Shown: positions 12,215 to 27,557, counted from the whole stretch's first letter. The stretch: DNA of 63,847 nt, filler included, from Octopus bimaculoides (GCF_001194135.2; 5 parts of 5 records of this genome joined end to end with filler, not necessarily neighbours in it); one strand, 5' to 3'. Numbers and translations are program-made. Notes: generated by a model not told the origin, from the letters alone.

Positions 12215-12738
12215 CAGAATTTGGGTTAATTTTAATATGTTTGTCACATATTTTAACAGCTAAAGGCAAATACACTGCAGTTACCATGGAGAAAAATTCT
12301 CACTTATGGTAAAAAGGTGTGAAAACACCTAGTTCGTTGAGTGTCACACTCTCCTAGGAATCCCAGATATCGATGTTTCAAGTTTTTTGACTCTTGTCAA
12401 TGAGATGTACCTAAGAGAGATAACTCTGAATGAACTTATTTGCCCCGATCAGGCGACCTACTAACACAAATAATTCAACGTGTTGACTGAATTATATATA
12501 AAGTTACAGCTTTATTCAGTCTGTTCAGAGTTGTCTCTCTTAGGTACATCTCGTTGACAAGAGTCAATAAACTCAAAACATCAATGTCTGGGAATTCTAA
12601 CAGATAGCAACACTGAATGAATTGGGTGTTTTCACACCTTCTTACCATAAGAGAGATGTTTCTCCATGGTAACTGAAGTGGATTTGCCTTTAGCAGTTGA
12701 AATATGTGACAAATATATTTCAACTAACCTAAATTCTG
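12215..12738. mobile_element. Foldback/MITE with ~220-bp imperfect inverted arms
   Basis: Arm 12215-12435 is the reverse complement of 12520-12738 (CAGAATTT(G/A)GGTTA...GAGATGTACCTAAGAGAGA). A related single arm lies at ~28254-28355. Confidence 0.85.
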
Positions 12739-12774
12739 TTCATTCCTAAACGCTGCTTCACACCCATGATTCAT

Positions 12775-12861
<87 letters not shown>

Positions 12862-13502
12862 CTGGAACAACAATACAGTTTTACAAGTTCAGTTCTTAGT
12901 GACATTGCATGCAGTTTAAGCTGTGTGAAATCCAGCCATGACAGCCAGGAATGAAATGGAAAAATGCAAGCTTGACAAACTATTTTTTCACATGTCTGTC
13001 ATAAGGTTTTTCCTCAAAAAAGAATGTAAAGATTAGTGTGGTAACTAAAATGGTATGGAACCAATTGAAATGCCATAGACATGGATATTAAAAGGATCGG
13101 AAGAAAGATGATGTATGATAGAATTCTTCTATGATTTGAATTAAAATTCTGCTGCTGGGATTAATACAATAAATACCAACAATATACTAAAAGAAATCAA
13201 CAATTTTGTATCATTTCGAAATTGGTCCTTAATCCTTAATCTAAAAGCAAAAAAATATCAAACTAGTTTGTATTCCTGTTGCAGCAGATTTATATCAGTT
13301 AAATGACTAATGCTCATGGGAAAGGCATGAATATATGGTAAGTTCCTCATTTTAGCTTTTTTGCAAAGAAGTTTAAGATTTTGTCTTTGTGTAATAAAAC
13401 AGAATTTATGTTTTAGTTCTTTCAATCATTGGACTGCAACCATACTGGAGCACTGCCTCGAAGGATCTTGTCAAACAATTGTGTGTGTGCGTGTGTATGT
13501 GT

Positions 13503-13900
13503 GTATCATCATCATCATCATCATTTAATGTCTGTTTTCCATGATAGTATGGGTTGGTCAGCTTGACAGGAACTGGCCAGACCAGGAGCTGCACCAGATT
13601 CCATTGTCTGTTTTGGCAATGCTTTCTCCAGTTGGATCCCCTTCCCAATGCCAACCGTTTTACAGAGTGTGCTGGATGCTTTCTACATGGTGTCAGCACC
13701 ACCCACACTAATGCTTGCTACATAGCACCAGCAGCTTTTCATGTGACACTTTGGTTTTAGGATATCGCTGTTGTTATGGTGGACAGGTTGCCTTGGATAC
13801 AACAATGTGCCATGCATCTTGCTCCTCTATCATCTCCATTGTAAGGCTCAACATTTTGAGATTGGTCCTTAATACTTTGTCCCATGTCTTCTTGGGTCTC
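13503..13900 (-). mobile_element. RTE LINE 3' end, diverged
   Basis: (ATC)n, the 3' module and an ORF2-terminal remnant (GACAAAGTATTAAGGACC...AAAATGTTGAGCCTTAC) on the minus strand. Confidence 0.6.
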
Positions 13901-15609
13901 TCTCTCTTTCACAACTTCCTTCCACTTCAAGTGTTTCCGTTTCTTTCATTTTCCGTCTGCCAAATCCACTCACTGGGCTTTGGTTGGCCCAGGCCTATAG
14001 TATAATACACCATCCGAGGTGCCATACAGTGAGACTGAACCTAAGACCATGTAGTCATTGGGAAGCAAATTTCTTACCACACAGCCACACTATGCTGACT
14101 TGAGTTTTCATCATGACTTCAGGTTTCATCATCATTTGAGAACTTGAGAGAAACTTTCACACAAAAGAAGATTAATTTATGCATAATGTTTACCAGTGTT
14201 TTCTCACTGTCTACCAATTCTCTTCAACGTGTAGACATAATATATTTTGCATGTTTGATTTCTACAGAATCTTCTTCTAGAGAGTTAATCCAATGCCTGA
14301 AAGTTCTGTCTCTTCAAGAGAGACATTTTCCGTGTGGGCTGGGATGAACTTGGCTTTGAAACCTAATGAAACATTCAACAATACATCAGTGTTCTTATTC
14401 CAACAGGGAAGGTGAGTGGTCGAGTGGTTACGATGTTGCACTCACAGTCTCTAGACCATGGGTTCAATTCCTGCACTTGGTGGTGCATTGATTTCTTGAC
14501 AAATATATAATAAAGAGACACAGGTGTGGATGAGCAGTAAGAAGCTTGCTTCCCAGATGGTTCTGGGTTCAGTCCCATTGCATGGAAACTTCAACACTTC
14601 ATTTCACACTTCTCTACTGGTGTGAGAGTGACAGAATCATCGGTGCATTGGTAGAAATGTTTTCACGGTATAACTTTCAGCTCTCTACATTCTGAGTTCA
14701 AATCCCACCCTCCTGATGAAGCCAACATAAAACCGCTCCAGGATTCATTCCAACTCTAACAACTAAAGTTCTAGTAATCTACTTTACGGTGACAGGGGAG
14801 GGTACAGACCCTTCCAGATCGTATAGAGAGTGCTGGAAAAGCTTAACATGCATAGAATCTTCCCAAAGGCAGACCATTGCTAGACTAGCGATTGCTCCCA
14901 CTGCTTACACTAGCAAAATATACTCTGTGTAGCTCAGCAGAGTCACCAGTTGAAGGTCTACTCTCTTAGTCATACACTCATGCTGATGGGGACTAAATAT
15001 GAACTGTTGACCTTTCAACACATTCTCCCTATTATGACGAATCAGTCGTAATTGCTTTCTTTTATCTTCTAGACTTTGCAATTCTCAATCGTTTTTATTT
15101 TTCCATGTGATATAATAGCCCCATTCACTTCATTTTGCCTGGGGCCAATTTTGAAATTGATAATACTTAAATAAGTAAATAAATAAACAAAAACAAAATT
15201 TGAAAGGAAATGCTATTAAATGCAGAACTATAATGAGAAACATTACACATTATACAGCAAACTTTGACTTCAGTCGTCTACTACCACTACTGCTACTACT
15301 ACTACTACTAATAATAATAATAATAATAATAATAATGATGATGATGATGAAGATGATGATGATCATAATAATAATAATAATAATAATAGCTGTGTAAGTA
15401 ATGTTCCATCAATTAGCCATGTATAGTTTAACCTAGTATTGCATTAATAATATTACATTAACTATGTACATATAAATCAGACAATTAAACATATCAGAAT
15501 ATAGAATATGGTTACTTTCATTAATTTCATTTACATGAGAATTCATTCCCACCTTTTGCATGCACAGAACATCTTACGTATAAACATGCAAACATACCTA
15601 AACACATAC

Positions 15610-15640
<31 letters not shown>

Positions 15641-15968
15641 CTATGATATGATGTGATGCACATGCACATAGAGGTATGGCTAGGCAGTAAAAGAGTTCGC
15701 TTTGTAAGCATTTGGTTCCAGGTTCAATTCTGTTATGCAGGATCTTGGGAAGGTGGCCAATACCTTGTCGATTTACTTGATGGAAAATGTAGGTGCAGAC
15801 TTGGAGAAGACATGGAGTAGGGAGGACATGTCACAAAAGAGATCTCAAATGGCAATGAAAGGAGTTGGATAAATGTAATTGATTGATTGACTGACCAAAC
15901 GATTAATCAGACAATTGATTAATTAATTGGTTAAGTACTTAACCAGCTGAGAAATAAATAATAAAGAG

Positions 15969-16141
15969 ACACAGGTGTGGCTGAGTGGTAAGAAGCTTAC
16001 TTCCCAACCAAATGGTTCTGGATTCAATCCCACTGCATGGGAACTTGGACAAGTGCATTCTACAATAGCCTTGTGAGTGGATTTGGTGGATGGAAACTGA
16101 AAGAACCCTGTGGTGTGTATATATAAACACATACACATGTT

Positions 16142-16175
<34 letters not shown>

Positions 16176-16385
16176 TGTGTGTGTATCTTTGTGTCTGTTT
16201 GTCTTCCACAACCACATGACAACCGGTGTTGGTGTGTTTAAGTCCCTATAACTTAGCAGTTTGGCAAAAGAGACTGACAGAATAGGTACCAGTTTAAAAA
16301 ATTTCATGTGATGAAAAATTCTTCAAGGTGGTGCCCCAGCATGGCCACAATTTAACGAGAAAAAAAAACAAGTAAAAGATAAAAG
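15969..16385 (+). mobile_element. tRNA-derived SINE (family A, internal TG tract)
   Basis: GGCTGAGTGGTAAG...GGATTCAATCCC head, GGAAACTGAAAGAA, TG tract, and 3' CAGCATGGCC...AAGTAAAAGA; many copies in the window. Confidence 0.8.
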
Positions 16386-17199
16386 ACAAAAATTGGAATG
16401 CAATGTTTGGGTTTCATGGAATAGAAAAAAAGCTGTCAGGGCCTGGCTTTGTCCATTGGAAACAAACTGCGTGTATGTAAGGTGAAAAGCCTGGTGAAGT
16501 AAAAAGGGACAACATTCGGTGGAGATGGCCATTGGTATGTTGTGTGCAGTTGGAGGTTTGCATATAAGACATACAACACATGGAGCCATCATTGTTGAAA
16601 AATAGAAGCAAAAAAGGACTCTGCAAAGTTGAAGGCAATGTTTTTAGCAAGAAAGCATAAGGCTCCCAAGTTCAGTTTGTGAGGCAGGAACACTTTAGGG
16701 TCATGCAATGCACAAAAGTATCCTTTCCAAACCAAATTTTTGTCTCACAAAAGTTGTGTTGCTCAATTTTGATGAACAGGTGAGATTCTTCTGACATTGC
16801 AGCTCTGCTATGACAGAATCAAATGCAACATTGGTTTTCTGTTCTGTGTGGGATGCAAAGAAACAGACCTAAAAAGGATGTTTTCAATCACATTAGCTGT
16901 TAATTGATAGTTTTTCCATATTCTTCGGGTTGGTTGTCATCACAACAATGAAACTGATGAGGTTAGGGTCAGTAGAATAACTTTCATTGCTAATGCTACA
17001 AATGGAGATAATCCCTATTAAAACCAATGCTATTTACAGAGATAAACTTTTAGAAACAAAAGAACTTGTTGAGTATTTCATTTTAGGATAATTCCAGTGT
17101 TTTTTGCCTCCCCAGAAAATCATGGATGTTTAGTTCAAGCCCCATTAGGGAACCTATGTTATTCTCTCTTAAATTAATGATTATAATGTCTAGTAATGA

Positions 17200-17510
17200 A
17201 GGTGCACGGCTTGGTTGTTAGAACATCAGGCTCACAATAATGAGGTAGTGAGTTTGATTCCTGGACCAGGCTGTGTTGTGTTCTTGAGCAAGACACTTCG
17301 TTTCACACTGCTCCAGTTCACTCAGCTGTAGAAATGAGTTGTGACGTCACTGATGCCAAGCTATATCGGCCTTTGCCTTTCTCTTGTAGAATGGGAGCTG
17401 GAATGCCTGGGTGACTTGTGGTCTTCCATAAACAGCCTTGCCCGGACTTGTGCCTTGGAGAGGAACTTTCTAGCTGCAATCCCAACGTCATTCATGACCG
17501 AAGGGGTTCC
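17200..17510 (+). mobile_element. tRNA-derived SINE with a distinct central domain
   Basis: GGCTTGGTTGTTAG...GAGTTTGATTCC head, then TTCTTGAGCAAGACACT and TGCCAAGCTATATCGGCCTTTGCC; ends in (TTCC)n. Confidence 0.6.
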
Positions 17511-17900
17511 TTCCTTCCTTCCTTCCTTCCTTCCTTCCTTCTAATGTCTAATAATTAAATATATTTTGTCTCATACTGGTACCATTTGTATTTAGAGCTA
17601 GGAACAAACTTGAATGTCTTCCATAAGAACAGAGTCAAGTATTTCTCTGTTGTACTTTTAATATCAATGCTTTTTATTCAGGATTCTTTGAAATGGACCG
17701 TTTATTTCTTACTGGTATCGGTCATTAGAATTTGATCATGCTTGGGCTTTTTAATCTCCTAAGCTTATTTCAGTTTAATACATGTTTTGGAGATCTCTGG
17801 TTCTAGTTCTTGAACGGCTGATTCCCTTTTCAAAAATAGATACAATATCATAAACACATGCTCACACACACACACACATGTACACATGCATGTAGGTGCA

Positions 17901-17948
<48 letters not shown>

Positions 17949-20451
17949 TGCATGGACATAAACTGGCTTCTACAATTTCCATCAACTGAATAAGAATTTA
18001 GATCTTTCTTTCAATGAGTATTTATTAACTCTAAACGTAGTGACTTCTATTGTAACTCAAAAAAGTTGAACACTTAGTTTAGTTATAATAATAATGCCAT
18101 TAATATAAACAGCTTTCACCACAGAATATTCACCGGCCTTTAAACCACTGCATCACTTCTTCCTTGTATACCTGTGTACAGTAGCTTTATCTTGAAGTAT
18201 CCATTCTCCCTATAAATTTGCTATTTTCTTCATATCTTAAAGAGCTAAATCATTCCTGCTCCACTTTCTTGAAGTCATAGGTGTCAGTTCTTTTAGACAT
18301 CAAAGGTGATAACAACACTTCCAGCCTACATAATAGTACATAGTGCTTTTATCTAAGAATATCCATTCCTCTCAAGGTGTAATCTTCAACATAGCTCGAG
18401 GTCAACTTATCCTTGATGTAGCTGAAAGTCATAATAGAAGTCTATGAAAGTTAAATCAAATGGGATTTTAATATACAGATCACATTAATAGTGAATTGAT
18501 GTAAAAAGGAATACCATTAGTTAATACTTTTACACTCTCATACAAGTATAACATTTACTTACAGATTGTACATGCTGTGAGTACAATTCTTGACAAATAG
18601 GCAAGCTTGAAGCATAAGCTATGCAGATACACGAAAACACAAACAAGAGTAAATTACACAAAGAAGAGGGGAAAAGATTTGGGGGTTGGGCAATGAGGGG
18701 AAGAACTATTTCAGTATGATATATTTGGACATATAGCCAGGAAAAAATTACTTTAAACTGGAAGCTATCTAATTAAAATACACTAAGAATGTCAAGAGAG
18801 AATTTAGTGCCATGTAAACAATGAACCAGTCTGAAATACTAGCCATAAATCAGTGGGTTTCTCAAGGGAAAAACATCAGATAATTCTTCAATCTTACCAC
18901 TTTTACAAATACAGAAATACCAATATTTCATACCTTGTTTTGGGGGGAAAGTTAAAATAATCAAAAGAAGAGAAAAAAGAATTAGATTTTACCTTCATTT
19001 TTTTTTTTTTTTCATAAGAACTGTAATTTGATTTAGTTTTAAGATAACATTTGAAATAGTTTTTTTTATAATTTTTTTTTTTTTTTTACTGTTTGAAAAT
19101 GTAATTCATTTAAAAAATATTTATTATAAAAATGGGACTGAGAATAAAAATGCAAAATATCAAAAACAAAAAAATACAGCATGATTATTCCTTAATGAAG
19201 CAAGAAGAGGAAAATGAGTGATTCCTGATAGAGAGAAAATGAATTGGTTTACCATTGTTAAGAGAACATTGACAGAATGATTGCTCATGAATGTCATGAA
19301 TCTGAAAGATAAACAATCCTGACTGAACACAGAACTATGATCAAAGTCATTCCAGCCATGACCATCCCATCATTTTTATATCAGGAACTCTATTGCTTGA
19401 ATGAATCTTTCTTCTTATCTAACTTTTCAGAATTCAAACTGCTCTTTTCTGACCCAAAATTCTACCTGTTTTTATCTTCAAACTGACCAGATCAGCCCTC
19501 TCACACTTACTTTACAATGCCATTAAACACACCATCAAAATCTCAGTTATGAGATAATTCATAATTATTTGAAAACAATGTGAGTAAATAATGTGATTAC
19601 AGTTGACAGAATAATCGGAATGCTAAAAAGTGAAAATAGTAAGACACGGTCACTAGAAAGGTGCTGCCCTGTTGGGTTTGTAGATGTTAATGTAGTTATG
19701 TAGTTCCAGGTCAGTCTTGACCAAGCATCTTACATTACACAAATAGTTGTCATGTAGCTGCAAGTTAGTTTTGATCCAAGAATCTTATGGACTGCAGCTG
19801 GTTGTTGTGGATCACTTTACATCGTCCTTCATCAAGAAGGGTTAATCTACAGGCTGTCTGTTTTATTTCCGTTACACCATGACACCAATTAGTTGCAAAT
19901 CATCACTGTTCACTCTGATATGCAGTGATGGTTGCATGCAATGTAGTTTGGACAGCTAGGTTAAACTGCAATTTCTTCACTGTTCAATCTATACATTGAT
20001 ATGAGAAGAAATTTTAGTGATGGCCACACCATAGATAAACAAAATGAACTTGCTCAAAATGCTGCAGTTGCTGTTCCTTGTATCCTGTTATTTCTCTGCT
20101 CAGAATTTAAAGTCAATGAGACCATTGATGTTAAAGCTATTTCTCTTGCGTGTATTTTTTTAAGTTTGTCCCAGTTGAGTAGAAGAGATAGTAATTTTAG
20201 AATGTTGTTGTAGAGTATTGTATATGGACGTCAGTGTTGAAGGATATTTCATGGAGACACAGATTCTGTTGAGATTTGAAGCTTGTTGTTACAACAATCT
20301 GTGCTTCTGGCAGGTTTTTTAGATCTAGTTTTTTTCTTTATATATATTTCATTGTGTATATTGTCTGTGGTTGTCGTCTGTGTCCACCCTGTAAGAATGG
20401 TAAATGTTCTGCTTTTGTTTAGTTTATCGTTTATTATTGCTTGTTCTAGAG

Positions 20452-20655
20452 CAGGGGTATCAAACTCATTTTAGTTCATGGGCCACATATCAACCCAATT
20501 TGATCTCAAGCTGGCTGGACCAGTAAAAGCATGGCATAAGAACCTATAAATAACAATTTCAAAACTTTCCTTTTGTTTTTAGTGTAAAAGAATACATTCT
20601 GAAAATGTTCATGTTTAAAGAACAATTTTTTCTTTTTTTGCAAAACATTGAACAA
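20452..20655 (+). mobile_element. Left end of a hAT (Charlie-type) non-autonomous DNA transposon
   Basis: Starts CAGGGGTATCAAACTC (hAT-like TIR). The preceding 8 bp TTCTAGAG match the nTCTAGAn Charlie target preference. Right end not found. Confidence 0.6.
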
Positions 20656-20785
20656 GTGAAAGTGGGAACTGTTAAAGAAGACTGACTTATCTGCCTTGTA
20701 AATGTATACAATTTATAAATTAAAAACAAAAAAACACTTTGAAAAACATTTTAAAACATTTTCATTATTTTTTGTATCCTTACAA

Positions 20786-20969
20786 TGTTGGATTGTTATA
20801 ATGTCCACTTTGTGTACAGTATACTTAGTAAAACCAGTAAAGACACTACTATCTCTGACCACCTACTATGTACTCTGGTACTTCGTGTATTTCTCTTTAC
20901 TCATAGTGACTAGGTTATTACATTTGTCATGTGGGAAGGGTGTACCATTATTACAAATTCCCTACAACA
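20786..20969 (-). mobile_element. Putative 3' LTR (184 bp) of a Gypsy element
   Basis: Bounded by TGTTG...CAACA. On the minus strand it is directly preceded by the polypurine tract AGAAAACTTAAAAGGGGAGA (20970-20989). Confidence 0.65.
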
Positions 20970-21704
20970 TCTCCCCTTTTAAGTTTTCTTAGGAAGTGTC
21001 AGTTTATACGACAATAATTTTTATTCACCCCCAACTCTCTTTATTGAGTTTTTTTTTTCCATACAATTTAATATTTTTTGCACTTGGCCTTTATTTTCAG
21101 GAACTCTGTGTTTTCTTTTCCTCTCAGTTGTACGCCTGGGTTCAATCACCAGCAGTGGCATTGGTACTTGGAACATATCGTACAACCATTCCATCGGTTC
21201 CTCCAACTTCTTTGGTTCACTTCCCACGAATCTCTTTTACAGTTGGTTCCTCTGTCTCTTTTGTATGCCTCTTCTACTTTTTACCCAAAACATCATTTTA
21301 CCTATGCATTTGATAATTATACCATCTTCCCAACTCTGCTTTCCATTCTTATATACCTTCATGTACACCTTTTCACCAACTTTAAAGAATCTTGTTATGT
21401 CTTCCCTGGCACATTTTATTTTCCTGCAAGGTAGCAATTTATCAAAGACTGATTTTACTTTCCTTGCAAGCATCAGCTCCACTGGTGATCTACCTGTTGG
21501 CGTATTTGGATTTGGTGTCACACAGTACACTCTTAAAAGTTGTTATAGAGCTACCTCATCCATGGCTTCCTTATTCAATTTTCGAAGGGCTCTTTTGAAG
21601 GTAACAATAAAGTGTCCTGCCTGTCCATTAGATCTGGGATAGTATGGCACGAAATTATATGTTCTACCATGAATGTTTCACAAAATTGTTTAAATTCAGT
21701 AGAA
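20970..21704 (-). mobile_element. Ty3/Gypsy integrase C-terminal remnant
   Basis: STEFKQFC...PYYPRSNGQAGHFIVTFKRALRK...YCVTPNPNTPTGRSPVELM...FKVGEKVY...W: integrase core end and GPY/F-like region with stops. Confidence 0.8.
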
Positions 21705-21721
21705 ACAGTTTTCACTTCCTC

Positions 21722-22021
21722 CTTACTGGAATAATTTAGCGCCTTCAGACTATCATCTCTTCAGCCCCATGAAAGAGGGTTTGAGAGGCAAACAATATTC
21801 CAGAGACGAGGAAGTGAAAACTGTAGTGAAGAAGTGGCTCAAAGAACAGTCAACAGAATTTTACGGGGCAGGGATACATGCTCTCATTGCTATTGAGAGA
21901 AACGGTGACTATGATGAGAAGTAGGGATGTGATCCACAGAGGACCAGCTTCATTTTGATGAATGATACATGTTCCTGTGTTGGTAATTATACCTGTCCTA
22001 AACTTTTTGGCTCACCCTTGT
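21722..22021 (+). mobile_element. Mariner transposase C-terminal fragment plus 3' end
   Basis: PY..NLAPSDYHLFSPMKEGLRGKQYSRDEEVKTVVKKWLKEQSTEFYGAGIHAL...IERNGDY; TIR-like AAACTTTTTGGCTCACCCT end. Confidence 0.8.
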
Positions 22022-22112
22022 TGTATGTTTTGGCACAATCTGTCACAATACACCGTGTTACAGTGCAGTGTTATGTTACAATATAATGTTACTGTTATGA
22101 AGTCAGGTGTGA

Positions 22113-22437
22113 AGGCACGTGGCTTAGTAGTTAGGGTGCTGGACTGGTGATCATAAAGTCTAGAGTATGATTGCTGGCACCGTGTCGTGTCCTTGAGCAA
22201 GACACTTTATTTTCCATTTCTCCAGTCTACTCAGCTGGCAAAAGTGACTTTTGAACCTGTATTTGAAAGGATCCAGCCTTGTTATGTACTGTCTAATGCT
22301 GAATCCCCCTGAGAACAACATTAAAGATATGTGTATCCCTGGTGTACTCAGCCACTTGCACTTTAATTTCATGAGTAGGCTGTTCCACTGATTGGGTCAA
22401 CTGGAATATTGATCATCATAACTGACAGAGTGCCAGT
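22113..22437 (+). mobile_element. tRNA-derived SINE (family B)
   Basis: GGCACGTGGCTTAGTAGTTAGGG head; 3' part shared with 488-862. Confidence 0.65.
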
Positions 22438-22953
22438 TTTTTATGGATCAACCCTGATTAAGAAGGATTCATGTGTGTTGGTAACCAGAAAATGGTTGAA
22501 AGACTTACAGATCCATAAAGAAAAACAAGATTAATTGAAACAGCTTAGAGTTAATGTGGTCTGCAGTGTAGGGATATTTGGAAGTTTAACCGTAGAAGGA
22601 AGTCTATGAAACACCAAATGTTAATGAGTTTTGTGTGTATTATTGGGTGAAGGATACTTGTAGATGTTTTAGACTAGATGGAGAAAAGTTAGTGGAGTTG
22701 TAGACTCTGAAACAGGAAGGGAATAACCAGAACACTGATATTTCTTTGGGCAAACAAAATAGTGAGGAATGTAGAAGAGAGATTGGCAAAAGTGTTGAAG
22801 ACTTTATAATAAGTGTGAAAGAGTTTGAAGAAACTTTTACAAACCATTCTGTGGAATGTATTGATTCAGTTTAAAATTTTGTTGAAGTCAAAGTGAACTT
22901 GGAAAGCAGTGTGTCTTGTAATATAGAAATTGGTTTTAATCCCCATGCCGTGC

Positions 22954-22998
<45 letters not shown>

Positions 22999-24231
22999 TG
23001 TGTGTGTGTGCTTTTGTGCCTGTGTGTGTGTGTGTGTGTTATGTTTATGCTGTAGCTGTTGTTTAGCCCCAGGCAAGATCTGACCAAGTAAACTTGTTAT
23101 CTAAGTTGAACTGTGTTCCCTCCCAAGTTGAAACAAATTTAATGAGGTAAATAACTACAGGCAAAACACTTGTTTAAGCACCTCATACAAGATTTTCACA
23201 GAAATCTTGACTAGGTACACAAAGCCATGCTAACTGGAATAGCAGCAGTCACATTCCAGCCACATTCCAGCCACATTCCAGTCACATTCCAGCCAAGACT
23301 TGGTACAGTAAGCAATTGCTTATAAATTACAGATGATTAATTACTTGTTAATACAATCCACATCATTAATGATTATTAATATATTATATGTAATTATTCA
23401 TTTTTAATTCCTTACATATGATTATTAATTATTAATACATTACAATTAATTGCTAAATATAAATGCTTTCAAGATGAAGTCAGAAACTTGACTATAGTTT
23501 ACTATGACAACCATAAAGTCTATGATTTGGTGCATCAGAATTAAATCCTGTTTTGGTAGATGAGTGTAAAAGATGAAAGGCTCAAAGCAAATGGTGCTTT
23601 GAAAGAAATCTCATGTAACATTGCCATAATTCTATAGCAGATTCTTAATTTCCTGTTCGGGTCTAGAGATTATCTAGAGATTATCTAGAGATTATCTCTG
23701 CTGTAATAAGCTGCTGACCTTCTGTAAAATTGAAATATGACCCACATTACCCTGGATATGCTCCACTACAAATTCCAGTCCCCTGGTAGGGCCTTCCATG
23801 CTGGACAGGTCAAAGGACAGAGGCCAGACTAATATGGACCACTTCTTCCCAGAAGTAAAAATGGTGATGCATAGAGCCAATAGCCCCACCTACAAAAAGA
23901 AATGGCAAAACTACCGAAGGGTTGATAACAATTCAAGACCAAAATGTGCTGAGAGATGGACAGCCCAGTAAGAAGTCATCAAGGGCCCATTTATAAAGAG
24001 GGAAGGGTTGAAGTAGGTAACACTTGACATGATGCTGTCATCAGACAGAAACCTCTTTGATGCCATTCCAAAAATACCATTTGGTAGAGTGGATAAGATT
24101 TACTAATCAACACATTGTAACCATGTAACTACTATAATTACCTCTGAACTAGGGAGCAGCAAGGCCCTTAAAAAAACTCACTCACCTACTCTCATCTCTC
24201 CACGTACAAAAGCACCATCTGATCATTGTCG

Positions 24232-24445
24232 ATGCCAACCCTTTCTGGCCCCTGTGCCGGTGGCATGTAAAAAAAGCACCTGATACACTCTTGGAGTGGT
24301 TGGCATTAGGAAGGGCATCCAGCTGTAGAAACACCGCCAGATCAGACTGGAGCCTGGTGCAGCCTCCTGGCTTCCCAGACCCCAGTCGAACCGTCCAACC
24401 CCTGCTAGCATGGAAAATGGACGTTAAACGATGATGATGATGAAT
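24232..24445 (+). mobile_element. RTE LINE 3' tail
   Basis: Shared 3' module ending CGTTAAAC(GAT)n. Confidence 0.75.
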
Positions 24446-24574
24446 GATGACATAGGCATTCAGGTGTTCTAACTAAACATCAACCACATCGTCAATGTCC
24501 TCAGTCTCAATGAACCTGCAAAGATCACAGGAACTGGTCCTTCTTCTCAGACAAACTAAGGAAGCAAAGTTCGT

Positions 24575-24830
24575 TTTTGGACTTGGATTGCAAGATTCTT
24601 TATGTGAGTTTGTGTGTTGAAGCATGTTCTGTTGTGTCTGGGGAGAGTCATTTTCTTTTGGTGCCTTATAATTTAACATACTCACCAGCAAAATTTGCAA
24701 CCCTTTCAAGACGCAACGAAAATTTTAGGAAAATAAAAAGAAATAAGTGGAAATCGGTGAGTGTGTGAAATTATAAGGCATATCAAAAGAGAACGACTCT
24801 CTCCAGACACTAAAGAAGAAAAGTTTGCTT
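24575..24830. mobile_element. Foldback repeat, same family as 42090-42400
   Basis: GTGTCTGGGGAGAGTCATTTTCTTTT.GTGCCTTATAATTTAACA...CACC and its inverted counterpart GGTGAG...ATAAGGCA...GACTCTCTCCAGACAC. Confidence 0.7.
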
Positions 24831-24929
24831 GAATCAACTAAACAGGTTGGAATTAAATGATGCTGATAGACATGTAAATGGATAAACAGCAGTTGTGGAG
24901 ATGGTGGTATAGAGATGGTGTTGATTATG

Positions 24930-26890
<1,961 letters not shown>

Positions 26891-27266
26891 TAGTCTGTTA
26901 AGTTTTGATAGTGAAAGTGAAAGTATAAGTGAAATAAAATGTTTCTGTCTGGAAGATGCAAAGCCATAAGCAAAGCTAGTTACATCCAAACAATTGACTT
27001 TAAAGGTCATGAACTGTAATTTTTAATAATAGGCTGTGAATAACAAACCTCCAATGCTTTCACTCAGTAACGAGTTGCTTGGCATTATGAAAGAATTTTC
27101 TTCTTTTCAATGTTTACATTCACTTGTCTTCAAAAGTCCACATTTAAACCTATGATATAAGATTTGTTCAGAAAGGTCAAACGATATTATTGTGAATGTT
27201 TGCGCATATATTTGTCTGTATGTGTGGACATATGAATAAACAAATATATCTGTGTAGATATGTAGG

Positions 27267-27324
<58 letters not shown>

Positions 27325-27470
27325 GGTATGTATCCTTGTGTAGGATGTTGTGTTTGTATGAAGTGTTTATGTATGTAGACACAAATATGCATAACTGTAT
27401 ATGGGTGCATGTGAGTATGCATGTGTGAGTGTGTGTGTGTGTGCACGCTCATACATGTTTATATAAGTGT

Positions 27471-27557
<87 letters not shown>

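Noticed and set aside
14406-14480. tRNA-like sequence with A/B boxes (also 488-560, 17200-17270, 48120-48200)
   Set aside because: No convincing acceptor or anticodon stems; they run into SINE bodies, so they are SINE heads rather than tRNA genes.
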